Sequence record: OZ370879.1
Length of the DNA stretch: 40,787 nt
Reading direction: 5' to 3' (one strand)
Origin: a phage
Shown here: in pieces, positions 1 through 9,345 of the stretch
Layout of the letters: every line of letters begins with the position of its first letter
How positions within the stretch are numbered: position 1 is the first letter of the stretch
Made by a program: the position numbers and the translations under genes
The notes under the pieces: model-generated
What the model was told of the DNA's origin: nothing
The model's database searches: none
Seen by the model: the letters and a program-made list of their open reading frames with translations, nothing else

Positions 1-136
1 TAACACCCAAAGACAAACCCAAGGGTCATCCCCAACCCTTAGGGAACCCTCAAGGTCAACCGAAGGTTGACTTTAGGTGATTGGCTGGGCTTTAGGTACC
101 CCCTATGGGGGAACTTTAGGTCCGTACACTGTGAGA
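1..136. repeat. T7 terminal repeat, partial right-end copy (about 136 of 160 bp)
   Basis: 1..112 is identical to 40676..40787; the sequence is the reverse complement of the recalled T7 terminal redundancy, ending ...actgtgaga at 136. Confidence 0.9.
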
Positions 137-300
137 TAGTCACTCAGATTTTTATGGTATATTTTAAAGGACCCTATAGGAACTCCATAGGCCCTCTCTA
201 AGACCCTCTTTAGGTGACACTGATAGGATGGCCTATCTTTAGGTATAGACCTTAGGATAGACCATTAGAGGCTCTTTATGGGTATACCTTAGGACTTGAC
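137..300. repeat. Array of short ctttaggt-type repeats next to the terminal repeat
   Basis: Repeated ctttagg/cttagg/ctatagg-like heptamers visible directly; T7 is known to carry short repeat arrays inside the terminal redundancy. Confidence 0.6.
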
Positions 301-375
301 TCTATAGGGATGAAGTGGTGTGATGCAATCATACCGCTGAATCCCTCGGTGAGCCATCAGTCGGTCAGGAAGACC

Positions 376-525
376 CTAATCGCTACAAGTGAGTATAGAG
401 CAAACGACAGACTCCAGTGAACTGAGGTCTCCAGTAAGAGATGCGTACCCAAGGGCAGCACAAAGTACCACAAGAAATCGGTAGGTGACTCTATGCCGCA
501 GTAGGTTCAACAATAAGCGGAACAT
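376..525 (-). CDS. 19.5: Gene 19.5 small protein (49 aa)
   Basis: ATG at 525 preceded by GGAGA, TAG stop at 376..378; position matches T7 gene 19.5 right of gene 19. Confidence 0.75.
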   Translation of the reverse strand: MFRLLLNLLRHRVTYRFLVVLCAALGYASLTGDLSSLESVVCSILTCSD

Positions 526-679
526 GAGTCTCCTCCCTTTATGTTGGTCCTTAAGTTAAGGTGATACTAATACAATATAATCACCATTCTTAGAGGTCAC
601 TCTAGGTACACCATTATGCATACTTTATGCACTCTATAAGTATTCATTCAGTATCTATATAGTAACCTTTCGTCCCTCC

Positions 680-702
680 TCTCCCTATAGTGAGTCGTAT
701 TA
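680..702 (-). promoter_or_regulatory. T7 RNA polymerase promoter phiOR
   Basis: Plus strand reads tctccctatagtgagtcgtatta, the exact reverse complement of the T7 consensus TAATACGACTCACTATAGGGAGA. Confidence 0.85.
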
Positions 703-783
703 ATTTATCGTGTCTTTTCAGTAACTTAAAGAACTGACCATCCGTGGTCTATAGTGCATCCCTATGCAGTCCTAATGCATAAA

Positions 784-2544
784 TCACCACTCAATGAAAG
801 ACGTACCGTAACCCTCATCGTCCTCAGAGTACACATCAACTCCTCCCACAGACATCTCAATGATATGCGTAGCAGCAACCGTAGGACGCATCATGTGTTC
901 CTCAAGGAAGTCAGCAAGTACTTCACCCTCGACCTTAACGGAATCCAACTGCATGGACTCACGGAGATACTCAATGCCTAACGCAAGGGCATCCAATCGG
1001 TCATCATGAGCCAGAGCGCCTTTCTCACGAGTGATACGGGTCATCTGGTAGAACAACGAGTACTTAACGTCATGCTTACCGTCTACGTCACGAGCGGACT
1101 GGTAGTCGGCCCTAATGACCTCATCACGAATTACAAGGCGGTGAGTCTGCATGACTGGCTCAAGGGTATCGCAAATACGCATCTCTTTCATACCACGGGC
1201 ACGAATCTCTTCCATCGCACAGTTGTGGTGTTTAAGAAGGATAGGACTGAATACCTTACCGAACATACCGTCACCGAAGTTACTCTCGTAGACAACCGTC
1301 TGGACTCCCCATTGCTTTGCCTTCTTAGCGAGTAACTCAAGGGTCTTATCGGAGTAGCCATCACGGAAACCTCCAGCTTCCATAAGGTAGATGTAACCGT
1401 TCAGTGTGTACAGCACAGCGTAACCTGTTTCGTCCTTACCGCGACCACTAGGGTCAATGACCAGAATCTTCTGTTGGTACTGACCTGAGTTGTTGGAACA
1501 ATCGTGGTACGTATGCAGGTCATCACCCTTAAGGCCAACGTTAGGAAGGTCCTCAATGATGTTCTGACGGTTCGGAAGCCACTGGTAATGCATTGGGGCC
1601 TTCTCTAAGTCTAAGGCCGCTACGATAGCGTCACGAAGCCTCAGCGGGTACTTCTCGGCATCACTAAGGTTAGGGTTAAGCATGAACTGTAGCGTAAAGC
1701 CAGCCTTACCGTATTCCAACTCACGCTCGCGCAGGTCATCACGGTCAAAGCGCACTGGGTCTGTTGGAGTCCCAGCAAGTGCCTCAGGGTTCTCATCGTA
1801 CTCAGCGCGTAACATAGGAGCAAGACGCTGTGAGTAATAGAGGTTCTCTTCACGTGTCCTTGGGTACAGAGCAGGCCAGATAATGGTTGTGTACCCACGG
1901 TTATCCTCAAGTTCCTTATAGAGAGTCATCTCTGTCTGAGGTGTACCAAGGTAGATAACGCGAGAGGAAGGCAGCGGTTTAAGTAACGCAGCGAACTCCT
2001 GAACCAGAGTCCATAGCTTCTCACGGGCACCCATAGTTGCGCTGTTAGACGGAATCTCAACGTCATCCGCAATGATAATGTCAGCACGGCTACCAGTTAA
2101 CTGACCAGTGATACCTACTGATTTCACACTAGGAGAGTGGTCAGGATTGGCTGGGCCTACATCAAAGCTGATTACCGAGTCACGCTGTCCGGGTCTTGGC
2201 TTTAACTCAGATAGGAATGGCAGCAGGTCAATGATGTTCTTAATAAAGATGGAGTTAGCGTCTGCACGCTCCTTAGAGGCTGATACGATAAGTATCTTCA
2301 ACTGAGGGTCTCTCCATAAGGACCACACAACGAACGCACATGTGATGAACGACTTACCGATACCACGGAAAGCCTGTAAGATGAACTTCTTGTTGTCTCC
2401 ATTCGCCAGCACCTTAGCCATGTCAATCTGACACTTAGTGGGCACCGGTAGGTTTAGCGCCTTCCATAAGACGAATAGGAACGCCACGAAGTCTCCTTTC
2501 AGTTGCGCCACTACGAGCGCATTACGATTGGATTGAGTAGACAC
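784..2544 (-). CDS. 19: Terminase large subunit / DNA maturase B (gp19, 586 aa)
   Basis: 586-aa [22 protein letters not shown]...; GTG start 4 nt after AAGGAGG; length and sequence match T7 gp19. Confidence 0.95.
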
Positions 2545-2565
2545 ATTGCCTCCTTACTTGATTTC

Positions 2566-2997
2566 CTACTTACGTTGCAGTTCACGAATAGTATCCTGTA
2601 ACGCACGAATCCATGCGTCACCCTTCTGGGTCACTGCGAGAATACGTTTAGCATCTCGGTCGTCAAGTTCGGCTCGACCATCAGGCTCGAATCCACACTG
2701 ACCATCGGAGGTTCCGGTAGTTTTGACTCTGACGCGCAACCGCTTATTGTCGCTACGCAAATCAGAAATAATCCTATCAGTGCTCCCTTCCAGCGCGGCA
2801 AGGTCTTCTTGATACTTAGCAGATACCGCATCGATTGCTCTTTGAGTGCTCTTCGCAGCCTCAACTCTCTTAACGTACTCATTGTGTACCTCCTGTTTCC
2901 ATTTAGCGTCCATTGAGTCTGACCCTAGATGCCATCCTAACCCGAATAGCATCCCAGCGAGAACCCAAGGGATTAGCTTACGTAAAAATTCTAGCAT
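2566..2997 (-). CDS. 18.5: gp18.5, Rz-like i-spanin (143 aa)
   Basis: 143-aa ORF with N-terminal hydrophobic segment, directly downstream of holin and gene 18; matches T7 gp18.5. Confidence 0.9.
   Translation of the reverse strand: MLEFLRKLIPWVLAGMLFGLGWHLGSDSMDAKWKQEVHNEYVKRVEAAKSTQRAIDAVSAKYQEDLAALEGSTDRIISDLRSDNKRLRVRVKTTGTSDGQCGFEPDGRAELDDRDAKRILAVTQKGDAWIRALQDTIRELQRK
2631..2882 (-). CDS. 18.7: gp18.7, Rz1-like o-spanin, fully embedded in gene 18.5 in another frame (83 aa)
   Basis: 83-aa ORF nested inside 18.5, contains lipobox-like ...ATISGCAS...; matches the T7 18.7 arrangement. Confidence 0.8.
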   Translation of the reverse strand: MSTLRELRLRRALKEQSMRYLLSIKKTLPRWKGALIGLFLICVATISGCASESKLPEPPMVSVDSSLMVEPNLTTEMLNVFSQ

Positions 2998-3044
2998 AAT
3001 GCCTCCCGTTAACTTTCAGATTTCACGTAGGAGCATCTCGTATA

Positions 3045-3095
3045 GACAATGACATCCATAAAGACCACTATCTGTAGTGGCCTTGAGTATATCAC
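3045..3095 (-). promoter_or_regulatory. Probable RNase III processing hairpin R18.5
   Basis: ataaagaccac...gtggccttgag inverted repeat of the same family as other T7 RNase III sites; position upstream of gene 18.5. Confidence 0.5.
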
Positions 3096-3361
3096 TGTAA
3101 TGTGTAAATATCATCATCCGTAAGACCGTTATCACCGACTTTCTCTTTGTACTCTTCAAGAGCACCAGCAAGGCCACCTAAGATGTGAACATCCGGCTGC
3201 AACTTACCAATCTGGAACTTGTGGCGGTCTAACAGTTTGTTAATAGCATTATAGAGTTGCGGAGAGCGACGCTCATGGTCCGAAAGGTCCGCAAGCATAC
3301 GCTGAGCCATCGCAGTGTCCAACATCTCTAAGAATGTAATAAGGCTCTTATCCTTTTCCAT
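3092..3361 (-). CDS. 18: Terminase small subunit / DNA maturase A (gp18, 89 aa)
   Basis: True start MEKDKSLITFLEML... at 3361; the ORF-track start 3 codons upstream is not used; 89 aa as in T7 gp18. Confidence 0.9.
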   Translation of the reverse strand: MEKDKSLITFLEMLDTAMAQRMLADLSDHERRSPQLYNAINKLLDRHKFQIGKLQPDVHILGGLAGALEEYKEKVGDNGLTDDDIYTLQ

Positions 3362-3366
3362 ACATA

Positions 3367-3570
3367 TCACTCCTTATTGGCTTTCTTCCAGTCAATCATC
3401 TTATCGACTACCTTGGCACCAATCTGAACCACTGTGTAGGCGATAGCAGCAACGTAGAACCATTCGTTAAGGCTTAACCCAAAGAACAGTCGAGCACTAA
3501 CATCTGCTACACCCGTCCCAACAATTGGAGCAGCCTTAATCAATTCGTTGTTAAAGTCTAATGATAGCAC
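3367..3570 (-). CDS. 17.5: Holin (gp17.5, 67 aa)
   Basis: 67-aa ORF with a hydrophobic core and charged C-terminus; matches T7 gp17.5. Confidence 0.9.
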   Translation of the reverse strand: MLSLDFNNELIKAAPIVGTGVADVSARLFFGLSLNEWFYVAAIAYTVVQIGAKVVDKMIDWKKANKE

Positions 3571-3628
3571 CTTGTACCTCCTTGAGAGTCCATCCGTGGA
3601 CTACACGTCTTTCCTTGTGATTTACCAA

Positions 3629-5290
3629 TTACTCGTTCTCCACCATGATTGCATTAGGTACAGAACGTCTGTCTGCAATATTCTTGAATCCGAGACCGTT
3701 GGAGTGTATTTGGAATCGTAACCATCCACCATCAGAGGCTATGAAGTAGATTCCATCGGGGCCAGTACGGAAGAAGTTCCAAGAGTTGTTGGCACACTTA
3801 ATCCAGATATTGCGGAAGCGGAGATCCTGTGAAACAGTCACACTTACCCCACCGCCAGCACTACCAGACCACACCTGAGTCCACGCCTTGGACTTCGCAA
3901 CGAAGCTGTCACGTAGGTAAGCATCCAGCCATTTACCTCCCCACTTAGTACCTTGAATATTACCATCAGTGGCCACAACGGCCTGACCTACGTGGAAGTG
4001 TTTGTTAACTACTGCATAGTCCTGCTTGAGTGTTAAGGTCGTACCATGTACATAGGAGTGGAAGGTACAGTCATTGTTGTTATCTGACCCTCTACCAATG
4101 TACCAGTTATTCCTGTTACCATCTTTAGATAGAATATAGTGCGCCTTGTCGGATGCGGACTCTAATTGAAGAACATGCCCATTCTGCAATTTTAGCTGAC
4201 CGGTCATGGCTCCACCTTGGGTGATGATCTGTCCGTTTACTACTAACTGGATGTTACCGCCTATCGCTGTTGTCCACTCTCTACGTTGAACATACATCAG
4301 CCATCCGTTCTCATCTCCCCACTCCATGACAGAGTAACGATTAGTGACACCACCAAAGAACTGTTGATACTGGCCACAGTCAAAACCGTTTGTGGTCATG
4401 TAAAGGCGCCCGTTAGCGTGAATATTTCCTTTCCAGTACACATTGGTTCCATCTACCTTATCAATTGCACCAGCCAATCCATTGTAATTTTCCAGCTTGT
4501 CTGCCTCACGTTCCGCACGGTCTGCTTGCTGTTCTGCCAAATGAGCAGAGTTAGCGGATGCTGTGGCAGAGTTCTCAGCGTTTACCTCAGATTGATGCGC
4601 AGCGGAAGCAGAGTTCCCAGCAGATGTAGCGTATTGACCAGCCGTATTCTTGAACCGCTTGGCTTCGTCTCGGAAACCCTTGGTCTCATCGCGCCACTGC
4701 TTTGTGTTCGTAGCGTTGGTACTGGACTCGTTCTTAAAGCCCTCCGCTTGGTTTCTGAAAGTCTCAGCCTCATTACGGAACTGTAAGGCTTCATTACGTG
4801 CTTGCCATGAGTTCTGGTTCATGGTCTTTAGTTGACCAAACGGAACAGCATCGCGGTCATCCACGGCGTTCGCTAGGTTCACAATTCGACGACCACGAGC
4901 ATCCAAGTGACCATCGTTATTGACACCGATAGTATCCGTAGTGAGGTCACGGGCCTCTTCCGCTACGTGCATCGTTTGAATCTGAGCGACGTTAAGGTCA
5001 TACGCGCGGAGGATTGAACCATCCGTAAAGTCAACCAATCGGTCGGTAGTGGAGGTTACTCGACGTAACTCGATGGTCGTGTAGCCATCGGCTGGACCCC
5101 AAGCCTTTGTCAGAGAGATAGTAGTACGTGTAGCAAAGCGATAGTCTGTATTAATCGTAAGGACCTTTCGGTCTACACCAATAAGAGTTACCACTACGAA
5201 CTTACGGGCTAGATACTCAAACGGGATATTAAAATCACGATTGGAGCCATCTAACTGGTAAGTCAAAACGGTTTTAATTACGTTAGCCAT
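3629..5290 (-). CDS. 17: Tail fiber protein (gp17, 553 aa)
   Basis: 553-aa ORF MANVIKTVLTYQLDGSNRDF...; matches T7 gp17. Confidence 0.95.
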   Translation of the reverse strand: MANVIKTVLTYQLDGSNRDFNIPFEYLARKFVVVTLIGVDRKVLTINTDYRFATRTTISLTKAWGPADGYTTIELRRVTSTTDRLVDFTDGSILRAYDLNVAQIQTMHVAEEARDLTTDTIGVNNDGHLDARGRRIVNLANAVDDRDAVPFGQLKTMNQNSWQARNEALQFRNEAETFRNQAEGFKNESSTNATNTKQWRDETKGFRDEAKRFKNTAGQYATSAGNSASAAHQSEVNAENSATASANSAHLAEQQADRAEREADKLENYNGLAGAIDKVDGTNVYWKGNIHANGRLYMTTNGFDCGQYQQFFGGVTNRYSVMEWGDENGWLMYVQRREWTTAIGGNIQLVVNGQIITQGGAMTGQLKLQNGHVLQLESASDKAHYILSKDGNRNNWYIGRGSDNNNDCTFHSYVHGTTLTLKQDYAVVNKHFHVGQAVVATDGNIQGTKWGGKWLDAYLRDSFVAKSKAWTQVWSGSAGGGVSVTVSQDLRFRNIWIKCANNSWNFFRTGPDGIYFIASDGGWLRFQIHSNGLGFKNIADRRSVPNAIMVENE

Positions 5291-5342
5291 TTGACCTCCT
5301 TAAAGTAAATCTAAGAGACTACAGGGAGAAGATTATTTCGCC

Positions 5343-5365
5343 TCTCCCTATAGTGAGTCGTATTA
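5343..5365 (-). promoter_or_regulatory. T7 class III promoter phi17
   Basis: Exact reverse-complement consensus tctccctatagtgagtcgtatta just upstream of gene 17. Confidence 0.85.
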
Positions 5366-8300
5366 TTTCCTACGCTCCCTCAAGTTAACACCGTTCGCCT
5401 CATAAATCTTCAACACAAGCTGTTGAGTCAATGGGTCGTTCGGTACTAACTCTTTTGTGGAGTTCATAAGACCAGTCATGAAGTCCTGCTCGGTTGCTTT
5501 ATTAGGTGAGTTGACCACGCCAGCAGCATTCATTAAGGTAGCCCCTACGTTAGCCACAAAGCCAGCCGAAGGCATCTGTTCCAGAAGGTTTGAACCCATA
5601 GCGCCCATTACCTCTCTAGAGGTGTACGGTTTGTTTGGGTCACGTTCCTTCACGGTGTCCTTAGGTAGAATCGTAGAGCGAGCCATCTTGGAGGACTCGA
5701 ACCCTAAAACACCACCAACTAGGTCAACCATAGCCAAAGGAGCACCCAATTGAGAACTACGAGATAACGCAGCGTGGGCAATCATGGTTGGGTCCAGTGC
5801 ACGCTCCAAGTACTCCTTACGTTTCTCCTTAGGCAGAGCGTATGCTTTGACGTGTGCAGCCATAGCATAGAAACCACCAGCGAGACCCATAGAGGTGATG
5901 ATGCTCAGCGCAGCGTCAATCGCTCGGTTGTTCTTGTATCCATCATAGAAGGTTCGCAGGAACTTAGAGTTAAGGGACTTGATAGTGAAAGACTTAAACT
6001 GCATAACCATCTTACCTAGTGCTCCGAACGCATGGGAATCCTGTAAGGACACCTTATGTGGACGCAGCATTGCCTCATCAGCTACCTTGTCAGCCAGTCT
6101 CCATAAGTCCATAGCCCGTGGGTCCATAGAGAACGCTTGCTTGTCCTTAACGGTAAACTTCCCGTCCTCACCGCGTACCATATGTTCCTTGATGAGAGAC
6201 TTGATGCCAGCCATCTGCTCAGGAGTTACGGAGGCACCACGAAGGAAGCCTTCTTTCTCCCAGCGGGTAGTCTTACCTGTTAGGGTGGCACTAATAACAT
6301 CCCCAAGCATACCTTGACGCGCAGCATCCAGAAGGTAGTTAGTGGTTCCGTTCAGTAGCTTAGTCCACGGAGAGCGAGCAGCCAGTTCCTGTGTTGAATA
6401 CTTCAAGGTCCCTACGATGTTCGCCACGGCAGGTCCGGTATCAGTTGCTTCCCTTAGGCGCTGCACAATGTCAGCACGTTTAGGCCGAATCAACTGGTCC
6501 ACCTCCTTCCCGAACAGAGACGCATGGAGTTCCTTGAGTTCCTTAGCTGAAACTGGTTTAGACTTGTAGAGTGTATCACGCAGAATTGGGATACTATGCC
6601 CTAGAGCACGAACGTTACCAGTGACAATCATCCCAGCAATCTCCGTAATGTTCTGAGCACCCATGTAGGCGTTCTTAGCGAAGAACCCTAGGTCATTGAT
6701 GGCACGCAGTGAGGTTTCCCACACAGTGTCCTGATTGCGTCTAGCACGACCAGTAAGAATCTTAACGGTATCCATTAAAGCATGTACCTCGCCAGTCTTC
6801 TTACCGTCTCCCTCAGCTTTCGCTTTGAGAGCCAAAATCTCATCCTTAAGTTCCTTAGTGGTTTTACCAGTAGACCCCATGATGGCGATGTCACCATTGA
6901 CACGGCGGTCATACGCTGGCATGATGCGGAACATATCGAAGTCCCTTAGGTCATTCACTGAGAATTGCTGTCCGTCTGGCATAGTGATGGATAGGTCCGA
7001 ATCAAACAAGTTACGTGCCTCAAGGAATGAGTTATTCTCGATACCTACTAAGCCCTCAATGTTCTCTTCTATTATGGAACTGTTGGTGAACTGGTCTGAG
7101 TGGGAGATACCATAAGCCTTATCCATAGCGTACTTCTCTACCATCTCTGGTGTTACTTCCTTCACCCCGTGTAATTCCTTAAGCATCTCATCGACTCTGG
7201 CCTTGACCTCAGGTCTGGAGACGTAGCTGTTCATCCATGAGCGGGCAATCCCTTCCTGCAAACCTTCGGCACCGTAGCGTTGAATCATCAGCGCCTTGGC
7301 ATGACGGTCATATACGTGAGGAACGTAAGTACCTTTGTGGCGACTCTCAGGGAAGATACTCACAGCCTTTGTGTTACCGAATATTGCTGGGTTTTCCATA
7401 AGTTCACGCTTGGTGTCAAAGTGACGCTTAATGATGTCCATAACGATTCTCTCAGACGGAGTGAGTGCCTTCTGTAGTTCTGGACGCTCAATAGCTAGTG
7501 CCGCTCTACGGTAGATAGTGTATCGAGTTTCTTCACGGGACATCTTAGCGCCGCCAGTAGAGAACTCAGGGTCTTTCATAGCGTCAGACATTGCTTTGTA
7601 CAAGTCATTATAAGTACGCTGGTCAGTACCATGAAGTTTCTCATGGATGTCAGAAGCTGTTGCACCGAACTTACCTGAGGCACCAGACTGCATACCAGTA
7701 GGAGAGCGAACGAGGTCGATAGCCACTCTACGGATGTCAGCATCGTCAGACCCCAAGGTCTTCAAGCCAATCTCGGTGAACCCAGCCAGTTTGATTCCTC
7801 GCGCAGCCTTCTCAGGGTCAACCTCGGAGAACTCTTTTAGAGTCTTAGGGTTGATTGGGTTGCTTGCACTTAGAACGGAGCCATCATGTAACACCACGGC
7901 ACCTCTCTCTGTTGGTAAGTCCTCATAAGGGACACCATTATGTTCACCTTCAAACTTCATGTTCTCAGTGTTCATCCGAGAGAGGTCCGCAGAGTTGGCG
8001 TTTCGTGCTGTCTCACGGGCTTCCAATCGCATCATAGGACCGATGAACTCATTGTCGAACTCAGCTTCTGGTTTACTGCGTTTCAGTCCAGCAGCTACAG
8101 CGTCACTGATTGCAGACATGCCTGCGCCAAACACAAAGCCACCTAAGGCAGCACCCGCATAGTCTGCGTCACCACCAGCTACGGAGGTACGGAGACCTTC
8201 GGATGCAACGTTCAGAGCAGCACTTTCGGCACCAACTACAAGAGCCTTATTGATTAACTTAAAGCCCTTACCAGTGACACCGACCATAGGAACATAGCTA

Positions 8301-9319
8301 AGCGGGTCCACACCAGCACCAATAATACCAGCACTCAGTTTGGCACCTAGGCCAGCCTCGGCAGCGCGGGAGTCATTCTCAAAGTTCTCGTTAGCCAATT
8401 TAATGAGGTCATCGAGGTTCTCAGGGGAACCACCAGTTACAACGTTGATGTACGCAGGGTTCTTAACCTCTGTTCGAATCTTCTCTAACTCCTCTGGAGT
8501 CCAGATGTGAGAGTTCCAGCGAGTCGGCGTAATGGTGTCTTTAAACACATCAAAACCATTATCGAGACGACCAGCACGGAAAGCCATCCCAGCGACTGAG
8601 TTGGAGAGTTCAGCTTCGGCAGCATTTTTGAATCCGAAGAAGGTTGAACGACTGTTGTACTCGTCAAGTGTTTCTCCGTGGGTCTCCCAAAAGTCCTTGG
8701 CGAATGGTTTCGCCGTAGCCTCCTGTTCGATACCCTTAACGTCAAAACTTGTGGACTCAGGAAGTTCCTGTGTTACTTTCTGCTTGTGACCAATTCCAGC
8801 CAATCCTACCTCAGCCGGAATGCCTTTACCCTTTGGGGTTATGCCACCAAAAGTTTCCAACTGTCCAGCCATAGGTGACTTAGCAACATCCAGAAGGTTA
8901 CGCATGTAGTTACGTCCCTCCTCAGAGATTGATGCGAAGTCTCCCTTAGAGTACGCCTCAAGTTGTGGATTACCCAAGCGTCCCTCGCCTTGGTTGTACG
9001 CAAGGGCAGCTTTGAGTTCATCGCCATCAAACTTCCCTACCAGACCTGCAAGTTGCTTAGCGGCAGCATTAATAGCTAACTCAGGGTTCAGTCGGTCGTC
9101 GTCTGGACCATCGGTAACTCGCAGACCGAGGGCCTTAGCGGTTGCCTTGGTAAATTGCATCATGCCTAATGGTCCAGTCTTAGATTTTGCTGTAGGCACA
9201 AATCGTGATTCTGTCCAAGCGACTTTACGTAAAAGGTCATAAGAGACCCCGTTGGCATCAGCAGCCTTTTGGAACAGACCATCATAATCACTTGGTACGT
9301 TCTTATCGTACTTATCCAT
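5363..9319 (-). CDS. 16: Internal virion protein D (gp16, 1318 aa) with N-terminal lytic transglycosylase domain
   Basis: 1318-aa ORF; N-terminus LLRKVAWTESRF...GPLGMMQF is an SLT-type motif; matches T7 gp16. Confidence 0.95.
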   Translation of the reverse strand: MDKYDKNVPSDYDGLFQKAADANGVSYDLLRKVAWTESRFVPTAKSKTGPLGMMQFTKATAKALGLRVTDGPDDDRLNPELAINAAAKQLAGLVGKFDGDELKAALAYNQGEGRLGNPQLEAYSKGDFASISEEGRNYMRNLLDVAKSPMAGQLETFGGITPKGKGIPAEVGLAGIGHKQKVTQELPESTSFDVKGIEQEATAKPFAKDFWETHGETLDEYNSRSTFFGFKNAAEAELSNSVAGMAFRAGRLDNGFDVFKDTITPTRWNSHIWTPEELEKIRTEVKNPAYINVVTGGSPENLDDLIKLANENFENDSRAAEAGLGAKLSAGIIGAGVDPLSYVPMVGVTGKGFKLINKALVVGAESAALNVASEGLRTSVAGGDADYAGAALGGFVFGAGMSAISDAVAAGLKRSKPEAEFDNEFIGPMMRLEARETARNANSADLSRMNTENMKFEGEHNGVPYEDLPTERGAVVLHDGSVLSASNPINPKTLKEFSEVDPEKAARGIKLAGFTEIGLKTLGSDDADIRRVAIDLVRSPTGMQSGASGKFGATASDIHEKLHGTDQRTYNDLYKAMSDAMKDPEFSTGGAKMSREETRYTIYRRAALAIERPELQKALTPSERIVMDIIKRHFDTKRELMENPAIFGNTKAVSIFPESRHKGTYVPHVYDRHAKALMIQRYGAEGLQEGIARSWMNSYVSRPEVKARVDEMLKELHGVKEVTPEMVEKYAMDKAYGISHSDQFTNSSIIEENIEGLVGIENNSFLEARNLFDSDLSITMPDGQQFSVNDLRDFDMFRIMPAYDRRVNGDIAIMGSTGKTTKELKDEILALKAKAEGDGKKTGEVHALMDTVKILTGRARRNQDTVWETSLRAINDLGFFAKNAYMGAQNITEIAGMIVTGNVRALGHSIPILRDTLYKSKPVSAKELKELHASLFGKEVDQLIRPKRADIVQRLREATDTGPAVANIVGTLKYSTQELAARSPWTKLLNGTTNYLLDAARQGMLGDVISATLTGKTTRWEKEGFLRGASVTPEQMAGIKSLIKEHMVRGEDGKFTVKDKQAFSMDPRAMDLWRLADKVADEAMLRPHKVSLQDSHAFGALGKMVMQFKSFTIKSLNSKFLRTFYDGYKNNRAIDAALSIITSMGLAGGFYAMAAHVKAYALPKEKRKEYLERALDPTMIAHAALSRSSQLGAPLAMVDLVGGVLGFESSKMARSTILPKDTVKERDPNKPYTSREVMGAMGSNLLEQMPSAGFVANVGATLMNAAGVVNSPNKATEQDFMTGLMNSTKELVPNDPLTQQLVLKIYEANGVNLRERRK

Positions 9320-9345
9320 TTAGGGCCTCCTTATGTAGCCTTTAG

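Noticed and set aside
137-300. Possible CRISPR array suggested by the short repeats near both ends
   Set aside because: The repeats are 7 to 8 bp with irregular spacing and no unique spacers; they are the known T7 end-region repeats, not a CRISPR locus.
784-2544. Internal genes 19.2 and 19.3 within gene 19, and 4.1 within gene 4
   Set aside because: These small internal ORFs are annotated in T7, but I could not place their starts confidently by eye and did not want to list coordinates I cannot support.
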